DNA of 49,916 nt from a virus (Duplodnaviria > Caudoviricetes), in the IMG/VR virus record IMGVR_UViG_3300017647_000296, positions 1 through 49,916 of that record; one strand, 5' to 3'. The notes below the pieces were generated by a model. It was not told the origin of the DNA, made no database searches, and saw only the letters and a program-made list of their open reading frames with translations. The translations under genes and the position numbers were made by a program. Numbering within the stretch: position 1 is the first letter of the stretch; each line of letters begins with the position of its first letter. Below, one piece after another: positions 35,239-45,686 of this stretch.

Positions 35239-35990
35239 TCATCATATCTGGACCCTGCCAAATCGAGAGTCGCGACCACTGCCTGATGATGGCAGAGCGA
35301 ATTGCCGAAATTGCGCAGCGCGTTGGGCAGGAGATCATCTTCAAGGCGAGCTTCGACAAGGCGAACCGGACATCTGGTGCATCGCCGCGCGGTGTCGGGC
35401 TTGACGAGGCGATCCTGATCTTCGCTGAAATCCGGGCTATGGGACTGCGCATTACCACCGACGTTCATGAGCCGTGGCAGGTTGCCGAAATCGCTCCTGT
35501 CGTCGACGTGATCCAGATTCCGGCGCTGCTGTCTCGACAAACTGACCTGATCGCGGCCGCGGGCAGGTCAGGGAAGGTGGTTTCGATTAAGAAGGGGCAA
35601 TTCATGGCCCCGGAGGACATCGAGCATGCCGCCCGAAAGGCGGGGCCTGCTCCGGTCTGGGCGATAGAGCGTGGATCCAGTTTCGGCTACCACAATCTCG
35701 TGGTCGACATGCGGTCCTTCGCTGTGATGCGGCCCCACGTCAGCGCGATGATCTTCGATGCGACGCATTCGGTGCAGTCGCCGGCCGGACTCGGCACGTC
35801 GTCTGGCGGTAACCGCGCGATGATCGCACCGCTGGCTCTGGCCGCAATGGCCGCCGGGGCAGACGGGTTGTTCATCGAAACGCACGACGACCCTGACAAT
35901 GCACTGTCGGATGGACCGTGCATGCTGCCGGTGGATTATCTGGAGGGTTTGCTGCGGCGGGCGCGAGACGTGCAATCTGCGGCCAAATGA
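35235..35990 (+). CDS. kdsA: Kdo-8-phosphate synthase
   Basis: GPCQIES, KASFDKANRTS, RQTDL, KKGQF, ERG.SFGY, DATHSVQ, ALSDG. Confidence 0.93.
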   Translation: MIIISGPCQIESRDHCLMMAERIAEIAQRVGQEIIFKASFDKANRTSGASPRGVGLDEAILIFAEIRAMGLRITTDVHEPWQVAEIAPVVDVIQIPALLSRQTDLIAAAGRSGKVVSIKKGQFMAPEDIEHAARKAGPAPVWAIERGSSFGYHNLVVDMRSFAVMRPHVSAMIFDATHSVQSPAGLGTSSGGNRAMIAPLALAAMAAGADGLFIETHDDPDNALSDGPCMLPVDYLEGLLRRARDVQSAAK

Positions 35991-36442
35991 CCATCCCGTC
36001 ATTTCGGCGTAGCAGCGCCCCGAAGCGCGAGGAAGCGAAGCGGGACAGGAAGCGCGAACGTTTCCGCGGCAGCCGGCAGTCCCGTGGGTATGACAGGGAT
36101 TGGGAACTCCTGGCCGCCGATTATCGAAAGTCGGTGAAGGGGCAGTGCGAGGAGTGCAGACGTCGGGGATACCTGACGTTGTGCGACGTGATCGACCACA
36201 TGGTTCCAGTAGCTGACGCTCCCGATAGGCGGCTCGACTGGTCCAATCTCGATGCTCAGTGCCACCAGCACCATAATGGGTTGAAGCGACGTATCGAAGA
36301 CTACGCCCGGAAGACGAACGCTCTGGAGATGCTGCCGATCTGGATGAAGCATCCCGAGACGAGGCCGATTGCGTTCCAGATCATGAAATTCGGGCCTCTC
36401 AAGGCGCTGTTCGATGGCGAAGACTCCGAGAAAGAAGGCTGA
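35987..36442 (+). CDS. packaging-associated HNH endonuclease
   Basis: SRGYD..W, CEEC, IDH..P, NL..QC..HH; precedes terminase. Confidence 0.85.
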   Translation: MTIPSFRRSSAPKREEAKRDRKRERFRGSRQSRGYDRDWELLAADYRKSVKGQCEECRRRGYLTLCDVIDHMVPVADAPDRRLDWSNLDAQCHQHHNGLKRRIEDYARKTNALEMLPIWMKHPETRPIAFQIMKFGPLKALFDGEDSEKEG

Positions 36443-36827
36443 GCTTCGCCTCGTCGATGCGCTGGATACGGCTGAAAAGCTGTTCATGGAGGGGTATTCC
36501 GACATCCCGCCGTGCTCCGTGCCTCTCTGTAAGACGGCGCAGGAGCTTTACGAAAATTACTGCCGGATGCTGCTCAAGCGCGGGCTTCTGACGATCCCGA
36601 ACCGCGAGCACGCCGAAAATTATGCAATCGGTAAAGACGTCGTCATCAAGGCATATGCCGCAGGCAAGAGCCCGCCGCGCTATGCCACGGAAATGATGCG
36701 CGCTGCCAAGATGAAGCTCGACAGGTTGGGCTTGAACGATGAAATCCAGTCGCCGGGCGCGAGTAACGAAAATCCCTTTGAAGGATTTGGCTTCGCGAAA
36801 CGCGCTCGATCAGGGCGCTCAGGTTGA
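36414..36827 (+). CDS. terminase small subunit
   Basis: position; RLGL and C-terminal NPF. Confidence 0.65.
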   Translation: MAKTPRKKAELRLVDALDTAEKLFMEGYSDIPPCSVPLCKTAQELYENYCRMLLKRGLLTIPNREHAENYAIGKDVVIKAYAAGKSPPRYATEMMRAAKMKLDRLGLNDEIQSPGASNENPFEGFGFAKRARSGRSG

Positions 36828-38577
36828 GTTCGAGGGCAGAAAATACCCCGATTACGTCAGCATGGGCGTCGCCTACGCCAAGCTCGTCGCTGCGCAACGC
36901 ATCCCGTCGTGCCGCTACATGGTGCAGGCCGCCAAGCGGTTTCTGCGGATGTACGAGGAAGCGCACTCGGGCTCGGCTGGGTTCTACTGGTGCGATGCCA
37001 GCGCGATCGAGCCCTGCGCGTTCATCGAGCGTCTGCCGCACGTAAAAGGAGACCTTGCTGGCGACACCGTCGTTCTCGAGCCGTGGCAGATGTGGGTTGT
37101 CATCGCGGTCTATGGCTTCCGGGTAGTCTCAGCCAACAAGCGAGAGAACGGCGCCCGCCTAGTCCGCACGGTGATGCTGGAGGTGCCTAGAAAGAACGGG
37201 AAGTCGTTCCTGACGGCTGGCATCTCGCTCTACGAGCTTTGCGTCAACGCCAAGCACGGCGACGACCTGTTCATCATCGCGCCGACGGCCAACCAGGCAC
37301 AGAAGGTTCTGGAGCCGATGCGGGAGATGGTGAAAATCCAGCCCGCTCTGGAAAGCCACTACGGGATCACGGCCACGAGCCAGAAGCTCAACGTCGGCGA
37401 GACCAACTCCTACGCGCTGGTGCTGACGTCGCAAGGCAAGCATCAGGACGGCCACGATCCGAAAGTTGTTGTCGCGGACGAATTTCATAGCGTCCCGGTC
37501 GACATCTTCAAGGTGATGAAGAGTGCGCAGGGCGCTCGGCCCGAGGCGCTGTTCATTCAGATCGGCACGGCCGGCTACAATGCCTTCGGGCCCGGCTGGG
37601 ACCAGCGGCAGGAAGCGACCCGAGTTCTAGAGGGGGAACTACGTCGCGACAGGCTGTTCGCCGCGATCTGGACGGTCGATCAGGAGGATATGGCGCATCT
37701 CGACCGCGAGATTGCGATCCGCAAGGCCAATCCCTGCTACGGCGTATCGCTGATCGAGGGGGCCGTGGCCGAGGAAATGCTCGACCTTCACGGCCGCGAT
37801 CCGGTGAAGAAGGCCGAACTGCTGCGCACCCGGTTCAACATCTGGGGCATGGGCGAGCAGAAGCTCATTCCTCGTGATGCTTGGGAGGCTTGCAAGGACA
37901 TCGCCCTGTCGATGGACGATTTCACCGGCGAGCGGGCATGGATCGGCGTCGACCTCGCCACACGGAACGACATGGTCGCTTGGGTGATCGAGTTCGTTCT
38001 GGACGGGAAGGTCGCCTTCTTCGCCCGGCACTATGTGCCCGAGTTCGGCCCGTGGCGGGAAGACGAGGAACTGCGCGACTACTACCAGCAGTGGCACGAG
38101 GACGGCTGGCTGGAGTTCACACCGGGCAGCCACCACACCTACGAGGAGCTTGAGACTGATCTTCTCGACCTGTGCGACAAGTTCAAGGTGGAGGCGATCG
38201 CCATCGACGACCGTGAGGCCAACGCGCTGATGGCTGCGCTGGCGAAGAAGGGCAAGCCGGTTCTCTCGTTCCGCAAGAACGCGCCCAACTACTCTGAGCC
38301 CACAAAGGACGTGATCGCCCGCGCTGTGGGCAAGTTTAAGGGGCTGGTCCACCAAGGCGATCCAGTTTTCGCTTGGTGCGTCGACAACGTGATCGGCGGC
38401 ATCAACACCGCCGGGCTGATCCTGCCGAAGAAGGTCAGCGAGCATAGCCCTCTGAAGATCGACTCTTTCGATGCGATGGTCCAGGCGCACGCATTGGCGC
38501 TCGAACATGCTGACATGAGCAAGATCAGGCGACCGTCTCCGATGGTCACACGCGGTTTGAGGATGGTCGATGTCTGA
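36739..38577 (+). CDS. terminase large subunit (start uncertain)
   Basis: LEPWQ, VPRKNGKS, ADEFH, GVDLA, KIDSFDA. Confidence 0.93.
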   Translation: MKSSRRARVTKIPLKDLASRNALDQGAQVEFEGRKYPDYVSMGVAYAKLVAAQRIPSCRYMVQAAKRFLRMYEEAHSGSAGFYWCDASAIEPCAFIERLPHVKGDLAGDTVVLEPWQMWVVIAVYGFRVVSANKRENGARLVRTVMLEVPRKNGKSFLTAGISLYELCVNAKHGDDLFIIAPTANQAQKVLEPMREMVKIQPALESHYGITATSQKLNVGETNSYALVLTSQGKHQDGHDPKVVVADEFHSVPVDIFKVMKSAQGARPEALFIQIGTAGYNAFGPGWDQRQEATRVLEGELRRDRLFAAIWTVDQEDMAHLDREIAIRKANPCYGVSLIEGAVAEEMLDLHGRDPVKKAELLRTRFNIWGMGEQKLIPRDAWEACKDIALSMDDFTGERAWIGVDLATRNDMVAWVIEFVLDGKVAFFARHYVPEFGPWREDEELRDYYQQWHEDGWLEFTPGSHHTYEELETDLLDLCDKFKVEAIAIDDREANALMAALAKKGKPVLSFRKNAPNYSEPTKDVIARAVGKFKGLVHQGDPVFAWCVDNVIGGINTAGLILPKKVSEHSPLKIDSFDAMVQAHALALEHADMSKIRRPSPMVTRGLRMVDV

Positions 38578-39934
38578 GAACGCCGACAAGAAGCCGCCGG
38601 TGGCCGTCCGCGCGTTCGGCGCCAGCGACGACCACCTCTGGACGACGACCAATCTGGGCGACCTGTTCCAGATGGGCTATGTCGCCGCGGGCTCGCGCTC
38701 TGCGATGCTTCGTCTGGCGATCAGCCTGAAGTGCATCGATGTGCTGTCGCGGGACGTCGCGAAGACGCCGGCATATCTCTACCGCCGCAAGAAGGGCGGT
38801 GCCGAGATCGTTGAGCCGACGGATCACCCGGTCGCGAAGATGCTCGCCGGCCGCACGAGCCGCTATTACGGCGTGAAGGAGTTCCTGCGCATCGCCACGG
38901 CGCATCTGGTCACGGCATCGCAGTATTACGTAGCTGCGCGCCGCAAGCGCACCGGCGAGTTGCTGGAGATTCAGGGAATCCCGCACCCGGACGTGACGGT
39001 GCGCGTCGAGCCCAAGCAGCGCCGCTACGTTTACGACGTCACGGCCAACGGCCAGCACGCGCAGGCGCAGTATGGCTGGGCGGCCGGTGGCCTTCTCGAC
39101 GACCAGATGGCTCATATCCGCTTGCGGTCGATGAATGGTCTCGACCCGATCGCCACCTCGGCCGTTGCCAAGGGCGCGTTCGACCTCATCTCGAACATGC
39201 AGAAGTTCCAGAGCGATCTTTTCAGCAACGGCGGCATGCCGATCCTCGCGCTGACGTTCCCTGACGGCCTGACCGACGAACAGTGGCAGCGGCTCAACAA
39301 GGACTTGCAGGCGCAGGCCAAGAAGGCGCGCGAGAAAGGCGTCCCGTTCATCCTCGAAGGGCAGGGCATCAGCGGCCAGTCGCCCAAGGTCGAGAAGATG
39401 AGCCAGACGGCGGCCGACGCCGAATTTCTGAAGGCGAACAACGCGGTCTTCACCGACGTCTGCCGCTTCTACGGCGTGCCGCCGCACAAGGTCTATCTGT
39501 TCGACGGCGTGAAGTACGACAACGTGACGCCCTATGAGAGGGCGTATGTCACGGATTCGCTCGTGCCGATCTTCGATGCGATCACCGAGGCGCTGCACCC
39601 CGTCCTGCTGACCGAGGACGAGCAGGCCGAGTATTTCATCATGTTCGACAAGGATCAGGCTTATGCGGCCGATCCCGAGCAGCGCCAGAAGGTCATCAAC
39701 GACCAGTGGAAGACCGGGCTCATCACGAAGAACCAGGCGCTCGACGAGTTGGGCTTCAACACCATCGGCCCGGCCGGCGAGGTTTATCTGTTCTCGGGCA
39801 ACTTCGTGATGACCGACACCAACAACGAGGTGATCCTGAAGGCCGGCGGCAATGCGCCCGGCGACGAGGATGCCGAGAAGACCGACGACAAGGACAAGGC
39901 GAAAGCGCCGGTCCTCTCTCTCGTGAAGAACTGA
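38570..39934 (+). CDS. portal protein, HK97 family
   Basis: FSNGGMP, DAEFL, VCRFYGVPPHKV. Confidence 0.9.
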   Translation: MSENADKKPPVAVRAFGASDDHLWTTTNLGDLFQMGYVAAGSRSAMLRLAISLKCIDVLSRDVAKTPAYLYRRKKGGAEIVEPTDHPVAKMLAGRTSRYYGVKEFLRIATAHLVTASQYYVAARRKRTGELLEIQGIPHPDVTVRVEPKQRRYVYDVTANGQHAQAQYGWAAGGLLDDQMAHIRLRSMNGLDPIATSAVAKGAFDLISNMQKFQSDLFSNGGMPILALTFPDGLTDEQWQRLNKDLQAQAKKAREKGVPFILEGQGISGQSPKVEKMSQTAADAEFLKANNAVFTDVCRFYGVPPHKVYLFDGVKYDNVTPYERAYVTDSLVPIFDAITEALHPVLLTEDEQAEYFIMFDKDQAYAADPEQRQKVINDQWKTGLITKNQALDELGFNTIGPAGEVYLFSGNFVMTDTNNEVILKAGGNAPGDEDAEKTDDKDKAKAPVLSLVKN

Positions 39935-39944
39935 GGAGGCAGCG

Positions 39945-40994
39945 ATGCCGAATATCTCGATCGACGAATACCTGTCGAAGCGCTCGCTGAGCGTGAACGA
40001 CGGCATCGTCTACCGCGCGGCCAAGATGCCGAAGACCTTTGATGGCCAGACCCGCTCAGCCGTCTTCGTCATGACCGACGAAACCACGGACAGCTACGGC
40101 GACACGGTGCGGGCCAAGGGCGCCGACCTGACCCGGTTCGAGGGCAACCCGATCTGCCTTCTTAACCACCGCAGCGATCTGATCCTCGGCAACTGGTCTG
40201 ATGTCCAGAAGAAGCCGAAGCGGATTGAGGGCAAGGCGACGCTCGCGGCCGAGGGAACGGCGCCGCATATCGACATGGCCTATGGCCTTCTCGAGCAGGG
40301 CATCCTGCGCGCTGCCTCGATCGGCTTCATGCCAACGAAGCTTGAGCGAAAGCTCGACGACAAGGGTGAGCCGACCTGGGCCTACGACATCCTCGAATGG
40401 GAAATGTACGAGTGTAGCATCGTCGCTGTTCCCTCTAACCCCGCGGCGTTGGCGCGGTCGATCAAAGAGGGAAACATGCTCGCCAAAGACTTCCTCGAGG
40501 AAGTTCTCGACACCTACACCAAGACGGCAGCCGGCCTGATCGTGCCGCGCGCCGAGATTGAGGCGGCGCACAAAGCCGCGACCGGTGACAAGACGTCGAT
40601 CCTCACCACGACCATCGAACTCGACCAGAAGTCACTGGACCGGCTCGAAGCTATTGCCGAACGCATGGAGAAGGCAGCCAGCGCCGTCGAGAAGCCCGTT
40701 TCCGTCGAGATTGTCATCGACGATGAAGGCAAAACGAAAGCCATCGCGCCCGATCCCGTCGCGCAGGAACTCGAACTCAACGTCGAGGAGTTCCTGAAGG
40801 ATTTCGAGCCAAAGGTCGAGGAGATCGCCGAGCCGGAGCGCAAGAGCGCGCTGACGAAGCTGGTCGACGGCATCCGCGGCATGTTCAAGGCGGCCGAGCC
40901 CGAACCCGACCCGGCACCCATCCCGGCCGACCCCGAAGTCCAGAAGGCGCTGAAAGAGCGCCTTGCCAAGATCGCGGCTCCCGAGGCCGCGTAA
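39945..40994 (+). CDS. prohead protease with long acidic C-terminal extension
   Basis: DSYGD, LLNH, SIGF, ECSIVAVPSNPAA. Confidence 0.88.
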   Translation: MPNISIDEYLSKRSLSVNDGIVYRAAKMPKTFDGQTRSAVFVMTDETTDSYGDTVRAKGADLTRFEGNPICLLNHRSDLILGNWSDVQKKPKRIEGKATLAAEGTAPHIDMAYGLLEQGILRAASIGFMPTKLERKLDDKGEPTWAYDILEWEMYECSIVAVPSNPAALARSIKEGNMLAKDFLEEVLDTYTKTAAGLIVPRAEIEAAHKAATGDKTSILTTTIELDQKSLDRLEAIAERMEKAASAVEKPVSVEIVIDDEGKTKAIAPDPVAQELELNVEEFLKDFEPKVEEIAEPERKSALTKLVDGIRGMFKAAEPEPDPAPIPADPEVQKALKERLAKIAAPEAA

Positions 40995-41040
40995 ACCATC
41001 GGGGCGACCCGATCCACGATCCGCGAGGATCACCACCACG

Positions 41041-41068
41041 ACCCGCCCCACGAGGCGGGTTTTTCTTT
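41041..41068 (+). terminator. terminator-like hairpin upstream of the capsid RBS
   Basis: ACCCGCC-CCACGA-GGCGGGT then TTTTCTTT. Confidence 0.6.
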
Positions 41069-41085
41069 GAAGAAAGGACCGAGAC

Positions 41086-42375
41086 ATGTCTCTCGCCGAA
41101 CTTCGCAAGGCCCTCGCGGACAAGACCAAGGGCCTGAGCGACCTCCAGACCAAGGCGTTCGCCGACGGCGCAACTGCCGAGGACACCGACGCGCTTCAGA
41201 AGGCGCTGGACGAGATCGACGGCATCAATGCCAAGATCGCGCTGGCCGAGCGCGCCGAGAACGCGGTGAAGGCCGCTGCCCAGCCGGTTGACGAGGCCCC
41301 CGCCACGCCGGCCCATCCGAAGAAGGCGCTCACCGCCGTTCAGAAGCTCGGCCTGGCCGTGACGTCGATCATCGCGGCGCACCACGAGCGTTCGACGCCG
41401 ATGGAGCAGCTTGAGAAGCACGGCTTCGGCGGCATGGTGAAGGAACTGGTTTCGACCACGCCCTCCGCCGGTGGATATGCAGTGCCGACGCCCCTGAAGG
41501 ACGAGATCATCGAAATCCTCCGCGAGGACTCGGCGTTTCTGGCCGGTGGCCCTCGTCGCGTCGGCCTGCCGAACGGCAACCTGACCATCCCGGCGGGCGA
41601 TACCGGCGTGACCGGCGGCTACGGCGCGGAAGCATCGGACATCGGCGTCGAGCAGCAGACCTTCCGCGAAGTGACGCTCTCGGCCAAGCGTCTGTCCGTC
41701 ATCGTTCCCGCTTCGAACGAACTGCTGGCGTGGTCGATCGGCGGCATGGAGAGCTTCATCCAGGACGACATGCGCGGCGCGCTGGGCGAACTGATGGACC
41801 TCAACCTGCTCCGCGGCACTGGCCTGTCCAACACGCCGCTCGGCATCACCCGCATCTCGGGCGTTCCGTCCTTCGCCGCGATCACCAACCTCACTTCGAT
41901 CATCCACAACATCGAGGCGACGCTGGCGAGGGCTGAGACGGAAATGCGCAACCGCAAGGTCAACGGCCGTCGCGCCGCGTGGATCATGCACCCTCGCACC
42001 CGCATCTTCCTGTCCGGCCTCCGCGACGGGAACGGCAACCGCGTCTATCCCGAAATCCAGTACGGCCCGGACGCCGGTGGTCCGCGTCTTCGTGGCAAGC
42101 CGGTCTACGAAACCACTGTCATGCCGGCGAACCTCGGCACCAGCGGCGACGAGACCGACATCCACCTGATCGACTTCAACCATGTCCTGTTCGGCGAGGC
42201 TTCCGGCCTGTCGTTCAAGGTGTCGGAGGAAGCGTCCTACAACGTGTCTGGCACCGTTCATTCGGCCTTCCAGCGTAACGTGACGCTTGTTCGGGCGCTG
42301 ACGCACCACGACGCCGACATCCGGCACACGGGCGCCGTCGTGAACATCACCGGCGTCGATTGGGGCGCTTACTAA
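41086..42375 (+). CDS. major capsid protein, HK97 fold
   Basis: N-terminal delta-domain coiled coil, GGYAVP, SNELL, LRGTG..PLGI, LRDGNG, AFQRN. Confidence 0.95.
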   Translation: MSLAELRKALADKTKGLSDLQTKAFADGATAEDTDALQKALDEIDGINAKIALAERAENAVKAAAQPVDEAPATPAHPKKALTAVQKLGLAVTSIIAAHHERSTPMEQLEKHGFGGMVKELVSTTPSAGGYAVPTPLKDEIIEILREDSAFLAGGPRRVGLPNGNLTIPAGDTGVTGGYGAEASDIGVEQQTFREVTLSAKRLSVIVPASNELLAWSIGGMESFIQDDMRGALGELMDLNLLRGTGLSNTPLGITRISGVPSFAAITNLTSIIHNIEATLARAETEMRNRKVNGRRAAWIMHPRTRIFLSGLRDGNGNRVYPEIQYGPDAGGPRLRGKPVYETTVMPANLGTSGDETDIHLIDFNHVLFGEASGLSFKVSEEASYNVSGTVHSAFQRNVTLVRALTHHDADIRHTGAVVNITGVDWGAY

Positions 42376-42439
42376 GCCCTGAAGGCATGAGCGCGGGCGG
42401 CCTCCGGGCCGCTCGCTCCCTCCAGCAAGGATCAAGCAC

Positions 42440-42838
42440 ATGAGCAAGCCGTTTCAGCCGAACCATCGCGGCCTCGTCGTCGTGAAGCTGACCAAGAACT
42501 ACGCCAGCAACGTTGCCGGTGAGAGCGCCGGCTTCCTGCCCTCCATCGCCAAGGAACTGGTGAAGAAGGGCTATGCGATGCTGCCCGGACAGGACGCGCC
42601 TGCCGAGAAGCCGGCCGATGGCGATGGCGCCGAGATCACCACCCGCAAGTTCAATCCGGCCAAGCAGGAAGTGGATCAGGTGGTTCCCGGATCGGCCACC
42701 GACAGTCTCCGCAAGGAGTTCAAGGAGATGACCGGCAAGGATGCCGACTCTCGCTGGGGCGCGGCCCGCCTGGCCGCCGAGATCGAGAAGGCGATGGAAG
42801 CCGCCACCAAGCCTGCCGAGCAGCCGGCCGATGCCTAA
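42440..42838 (+). CDS. head-associated hypothetical protein
   Basis: follows the capsid gene; GKDADSRWGAARL HeH-like tail. Confidence 0.65.
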   Translation: MSKPFQPNHRGLVVVKLTKNYASNVAGESAGFLPSIAKELVKKGYAMLPGQDAPAEKPADGDGAEITTRKFNPAKQEVDQVVPGSATDSLRKEFKEMTGKDADSRWGAARLAAEIEKAMEAATKPAEQPADA

Positions 42839-42900
42839 CAAGGGCGCACGCTACGCCGATCGCATGATCCGGCCGGGCGATTATCTGGATCGAGGTCGAA

Positions 42901-43482
42901 ATGGATCTGACGCTGAAAACGCCGGCCACCGCGACGTCGATCAGCGTCGACCTGGTGAAGGCCGGCAAGAGGATCAGGCACGGGTCGGAGGACGAACTGA
43001 TCGAGTTCTGGATCAAGGCCGCCGATGAGTACGTCGAGAAGCGGGCGAACCTTGCGCTCATGCAGCAGACGTTCGTTCTGCGCCTGCGCCGCATCCTGCC
43101 TTCCGTGCAGCTTCCTCGCCCACCGCTGAAGACGATCACCTCGATCAAGTATGCAGCCGCCGGTGGAACTGAGCAGGTTCTTTCTGATCCTAACGATCGT
43201 GTCCGCATCGACCGCATGCTCCCGACGATCGACACCGGACTGGTCGAGCAGGCTGGCACGATGGAGATCGAATACGTCGTCGGCGCCGATGACCCCGAGA
43301 AAGTACCCGCCGCGCTTCGTCAGGCGACGTACCTGTTAGCGGCATCGTGGATCAGTAGCCGTGAGGCTACCTACAATGAACCGCGTATCATGCAGGTTGC
43401 CAAAAAAATTGAGTTTGGCGTGGACTCCTTGGTGAAGGAACTGCGCGTGCCCAACGGCACAGACCTGAACGGCGGCTGGTGA
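42901..43482 (+). CDS. head-tail adaptor
   Basis: RI.H..ED.LI, LPRPP, VPAALRQA, REA. Confidence 0.85.
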   Translation: MDLTLKTPATATSISVDLVKAGKRIRHGSEDELIEFWIKAADEYVEKRANLALMQQTFVLRLRRILPSVQLPRPPLKTITSIKYAAAGGTEQVLSDPNDRVRIDRMLPTIDTGLVEQAGTMEIEYVVGADDPEKVPAALRQATYLLAASWISSREATYNEPRIMQVAKKIEFGVDSLVKELRVPNGTDLNGGW

Positions 43483-43880
43483 TGATCCGCTCCGGCAAAG
43501 CGCCTAACCTCGTTCTCGTCCAGCACAAGGTGACGGTGCCCGGCCCGCTGAACGACATCGTAATGTGGGTGGAGTTCGGGCAGGTCTGGATCAGCATCCA
43601 GCCCAATCGCGGCAGGGAAGTGTTCAAGGGCGACGAGCTTCAGAGTGTCGTGTCGCACACCCTGCGTGGAGATTTCCTTGAGCTTGAGGGCATCGACGAG
43701 ACACACAGGATCGTCTTCAACGATACCCACGACTACGGGCCTCATGGCATCCGCGCTGACTCGCTGGTGTTCGACATTCTCGCTGTGATGCCAAATCTGG
43801 ACGGCCGGGACGATGTGATGATCCAGGCCAACCTAAACCCGCTGCGCTACGGCGATCTGGACCCGAACGTCCCGCAATGA
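43479..43880 (+). CDS. head closure protein
   Basis: W..FGQVW.SI.P.RGRE, FDILAV. Confidence 0.75.
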   Translation: MMIRSGKAPNLVLVQHKVTVPGPLNDIVMWVEFGQVWISIQPNRGREVFKGDELQSVVSHTLRGDFLELEGIDETHRIVFNDTHDYGPHGIRADSLVFDILAVMPNLDGRDDVMIQANLNPLRYGDLDPNVPQ

Positions 43881-44494
43881 GCACACTGTTCGCGCCGGGG
43901 CGCATATGGGAGGGCGAGCGCGTTGTCGTTGTCGCCGGTGGGCCGTCGGTGTCGCTGGCGCAGGTCCGCACGATCGGCATGGCGCGAGACAAGGACCGCT
44001 GCCGGGTGATCGCGGTCAACGATGCCGTATTCCCATGCTGGTTCGCCGATCTGGCCTACGCTGCGGACGCGAAATGGTGGGACTTTCATGATGGCGTCCG
44101 GTCATTCATGAAGCCGAAGGTCTCGTTCAACCGACTCGGTCGCCACGACGTCCAGCACATGCGGGATACCGGGCCGGAAGGCTACGATCCGGAGCCCGGC
44201 CATATGAGGCACGGATCGAACTCTGGCTATCAAGCGGTCCACCTCGCGGCGCAGTTGGGCGCGCGGGAGATCGTCATCGTCGGCATGGACTTCACCGACA
44301 AGGATTTCGCCCGCGATCACTGGTTCGGCCGGCACGAGGGGCGGATGGACATGGTGTCGGATACGGCGGACTGGCGCAGGAAGTTCCGCGGGCTGACCGA
44401 TGAACTCGATCGGCTTGGAGTAGCGGTGCTCAACGCTTCACCGGCTTCAACGATCACATGGCTGCCGCAGGCGCCTCTGGAGAGTGTGCTTTGA
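43877..44494 (+). CDS. Maf/MptE-like (CMP-sugar transferase-fold) protein
   Basis: VVVAGGPSV, IAVND, AADAKWW, NSGYQAVHLA..LGAREIVIVGMDF. Confidence 0.7.
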   Translation: MSTLFAPGRIWEGERVVVVAGGPSVSLAQVRTIGMARDKDRCRVIAVNDAVFPCWFADLAYAADAKWWDFHDGVRSFMKPKVSFNRLGRHDVQHMRDTGPEGYDPEPGHMRHGSNSGYQAVHLAAQLGAREIVIVGMDFTDKDFARDHWFGRHEGRMDMVSDTADWRRKFRGLTDELDRLGVAVLNASPASTITWLPQAPLESVL

Positions 44495-45141
44495 GGTTTG
44501 TCTGCTGGCTCTGGCGCGGCAAGGGCTTCTGGAAGCGAACTGTGCAGTATCAGGAGCGCCACGTCCACACGCTCGCCTCGATGCTGCGGCGCCACGGCGG
44601 ACATGAACTGATCTGCGTGCAGGACGGCAGTTTCGACTATCCCGGCTCGATCGTGATGCCGAGGGAGGTTTCGGCGCTGCCGGACTATCTGCCGAAACTG
44701 TGGGGCTGGTCGCCGGAGTTCCATGAGCGGATTGGCGGGCGGTTTGCATCGATCGACCTCGACGTCGTCGTCCTGGGCGATTTGGCGCCGGTGCTGACCG
44801 GGCCGTTCCGCATCTGGGACCGTGCCGACGACGAGCCTTACAACACGTCACTGTTCGTTCTGGAGCCTGGGCTTCATCAAGAGGTCTGGACGACCCTGAC
44901 GCCGGATCGGCTTGAACAAGCGAAAGAGGCCGCCGCGTACTGGACCGGCGATCAGTCGTGGGTTGCTCATGTGCTCGGCCCCAACCAGCCGACGTTCGGC
45001 GAAGACAGCGGCGTCATGCAATACCGCCCAATGCACCGCAAGGAGCGGCCGGCGGGGATGATCGCAGGCTTCATGTCGGGGCCATACGATCCGATCAAGG
45101 AACGCGAGAGGTCGAAATGGGTCAGGAAGGCGTGGTGTTGA
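44491..45141 (+). CDS. GT-A glycosyltransferase
   Basis: FVCW.W, Y..HV..L..ML, PKL, IDLDVV (DxD), YNTS, GDQSW; TTGA overlap. Confidence 0.8.
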   Translation: MRFVCWLWRGKGFWKRTVQYQERHVHTLASMLRRHGGHELICVQDGSFDYPGSIVMPREVSALPDYLPKLWGWSPEFHERIGGRFASIDLDVVVLGDLAPVLTGPFRIWDRADDEPYNTSLFVLEPGLHQEVWTTLTPDRLEQAKEAAAYWTGDQSWVAHVLGPNQPTFGEDSGVMQYRPMHRKERPAGMIAGFMSGPYDPIKERERSKWVRKAWC

Positions 45142-45686
45142 GCGACCGGGCACGGCTCGCGCATCTGGTCAAGCCGACCGATCAGCGCAGCGTCATCATC
45201 GACCTCGTTCGGCAGAACGGATGGAAGCGCGGTGCGGAGATCGGGGTGTTGAAGGGCAAGACGCTGTTCTCCGTCCTCGATGCCTGTCCCGAGCTTCACA
45301 TGATCGGCGTGGACCAGTGGAAGGTTCTGCCGCTGCGCGATGTCGAGAACGCAGAAACCTACTCCGATTTCGACATGTCGGCCATCGAACTCGACGTGTG
45401 CCGGAAGATGGGCCGCTACAACGGCCGCTGCCTGATCTTCAAAGGCGACAGCGTCTCGCAGGCAAAGAGGGTTGAGGACGGATCGCTCGACTTCGTCTTC
45501 ATCGACGCCGACCATACCGAGGATGGCGTCAGGCGGGACATCGAGGCATGGGCGCCGAAGGTGCGGTCAGGCGGGATGATCCTTGGGCATGATCTTTGGT
45601 GGTCTACTGTTGGTCGCGTCGTCCGAGAGATGTTCCCCGATCACGTCGCCTACGGTGAGGAAGTGTGGGGCGTCGTCAAGTCGTGA
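45138..45686 (+). CDS. class I SAM-dependent methyltransferase (glycan-associated type)
   Basis: AEIGVLKG, GVDQW, GDS, DFVFIDADH, GGMILGHD. Confidence 0.88.
   Translation: MSDRARLAHLVKPTDQRSVIIDLVRQNGWKRGAEIGVLKGKTLFSVLDACPELHMIGVDQWKVLPLRDVENAETYSDFDMSAIELDVCRKMGRYNGRCLIFKGDSVSQAKRVEDGSLDFVFIDADHTEDGVRRDIEAWAPKVRSGGMILGHDLWWSTVGRVVREMFPDHVAYGEEVWGVVKS

Noticed and set aside
34227-35990. kdsA/kdsB as host genes marking the prophage end
   Set aside because: They are coupled by overlap to phage HNH/terminase, flanked by phage genes, and lack the usual host context such as pyrG/eno
40885-42447. 520-aa minus-strand ORF and similar long antisense ORFs (38546-40006, 970-1920, 26172-27359)
   Set aside because: Shadow frames of high-GC genes, with no motifs; the opposite strand has clear phage or host proteins
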